A stretch of 64,000 nucleotides of DNA from an uncultured Alphaproteobacteria bacterium (lineage in GTDB: Bacteria > Pseudomonadota > Alphaproteobacteria > Rs-D84): positions 44,762 through 108,761 of the forward strand of contig CALXMQ010000003.1 in assembly GCA_944389515.1 (NCBI GenBank), written 5' to 3'. Positions within the stretch are counted from its first letter, which is position 1. Each line of letters opens with the position of its first letter. The translations under genes and the position numbers were made by a program. Shown here piece after piece: positions 63,118-64,000 of the stretch. Below the pieces are notes generated by a model that did no database searches, was not told the origin of the DNA, and saw only the letters and a program-made list of their open reading frames with translations.

Positions 63118-64000
63118 TCAGTTTATTCCAAATACACGTGCCAAATCATTCCACATCGTCAATGCGAACAGCCCGATTATAAACAGCCATCCGGCAATAA
63201 TCGCAATTTCCATACCACGCCCCCCCAGTTTACGACGGGTGATACCTTCGATAATCAATATCAGCAAATATCCCCCATCCAGAACCGGTAACGGCAATAA
63301 ATTTATAACACCAAGATTGACCGATAGCAATGCAATAATTGATAACAATGCAACGATTCCCATTGCCAATGCCTGGCCTGATACTTCTGCAATGGTGATA
63401 AACGACCCCAGCTGCTTTGACGAACGTTCACCTGTAACAATTTGCTTTAATACAACCAATAATGTTTTTGATTGATAATACGTTTCACGCGCACCAGCAT
63501 ACAAACCATCAAAAAATCCCTTTTTGCGCAATTCTGTTTTACTGCCATCTGCAATCAAGCCCCATCGTTCAGCCGGCGATAATTCCACACGAACCAATTC
63601 AGTATCACGCAATAATAATACATCTGCATCGCGATTAGATGCCAATTCTTTGGCAATAATCAATTCACCCCAGTTTGTAATCTTTTCGTCATCAATTTGC
63701 ATAATAATATCGCCAGGTTTTACACCTGCATTAAATGCAACAGATTCTTGAATAACCTGACCCACAACAGGTAATTGGACTTCTTTGGCCTGGAACATAA
63801 ATATGCCAGAATATATCAACCATGCCAAAATGAAATTCATGGTGACACCGGCGGCAACAATTATAAATTGTTTCCACGCAGGCACAGATAAATAATGTCC
63901 TTGTTTTTTGTCATTTGGTAAATCTTTGTACTTTTTACGGTCAAACATATCTTCTTGACCATAAATGGAAACGTACCCCCCCAATGGCAAGCACGCCAAT
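63118..64000 (-). CDS. rseP: RIP metalloprotease RseP (5' part outside window)
   Basis: LPLGGYV, AGVTMNF, PDZ domain, NLLPLPVLDGG; upstream of bamA. Confidence 0.93.
   Translation of the reverse strand, partial: LACLPLGGYVSIYGQEDMFDRKKYKDLPNDKKQGHYLSVPAWKQFIIVAAGVTMNFILAWLIYSGIFMFQAKEVQLPVVGQVIQESVAFNAGVKPGDIIMQIDDEKITNWGELIIAKELASNRDADVLLLRDTELVRVELSPAERWGLIADGSKTELRKKGFFDGLYAGARETYYQSKTLLVVLKQIVTGERSSKQLGSFITIAEVSGQALAMGIVALLSIIALLSVNLGVINLLPLPVLDGGYLLILIIEGITRRKLGGRGMEIAIIAGWLFIIGLFALTMWNDLARVFGIN

Overview
The window looks like a chromosomal segment of a fairly AT-rich alphaproteobacterium, probably gut or host associated. This is inferred from the gene set (bamA/rseP, fabI, an alphaproteobacterial-type small HTH) plus Firmicutes- and Bacteroidetes-like acquisitions. 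Housekeeping blocks: secG-rnc-lepB, comM/yifB, PBP1A, fabI, ligA, tcdA-tatD, ugd, folA, ackA, recG, rne, rph, bamA-rseP, tRNA-Asn and tRNA-Lys. Three accessory regions interrupt them. (1) About 12.1-19.2 kb: an AT-rich two-MTase restriction-modification operon, peptidase E, and a TetR-flavodoxin-DUF362 operon with twin operators. (2) About 19.77-22.9 kb: a 3.1 kb essentially non-coding tract with about 25 copies of the palindrome TTCAACC-N3-G(G/A)TTGAA, ending at the 3' end of tRNA-Asn. (3) About 26.5-40.6 kb: a surface-glycan locus with very large multidomain glycosyltransferases, an MsbA-type flippase, an orphan phage tail-fibre pair and an Mpi-family serine invertase. The strongest hidden signal is in region 3. 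Two homologous promoter cassettes (31677-31809 and 39907-40030) each contain a sigma70 promoter bracketed by inverted 14-bp recombination-like sites, plus a third site. The central dinucleotide is GA at all three sites of one cassette and GT at all three of the other. This points to an Mpi-like invertible-promoter phase-variation system for glycan genes outside the Bacteroidota. All family assignments come from motif recognition by eye; no database searches were run.
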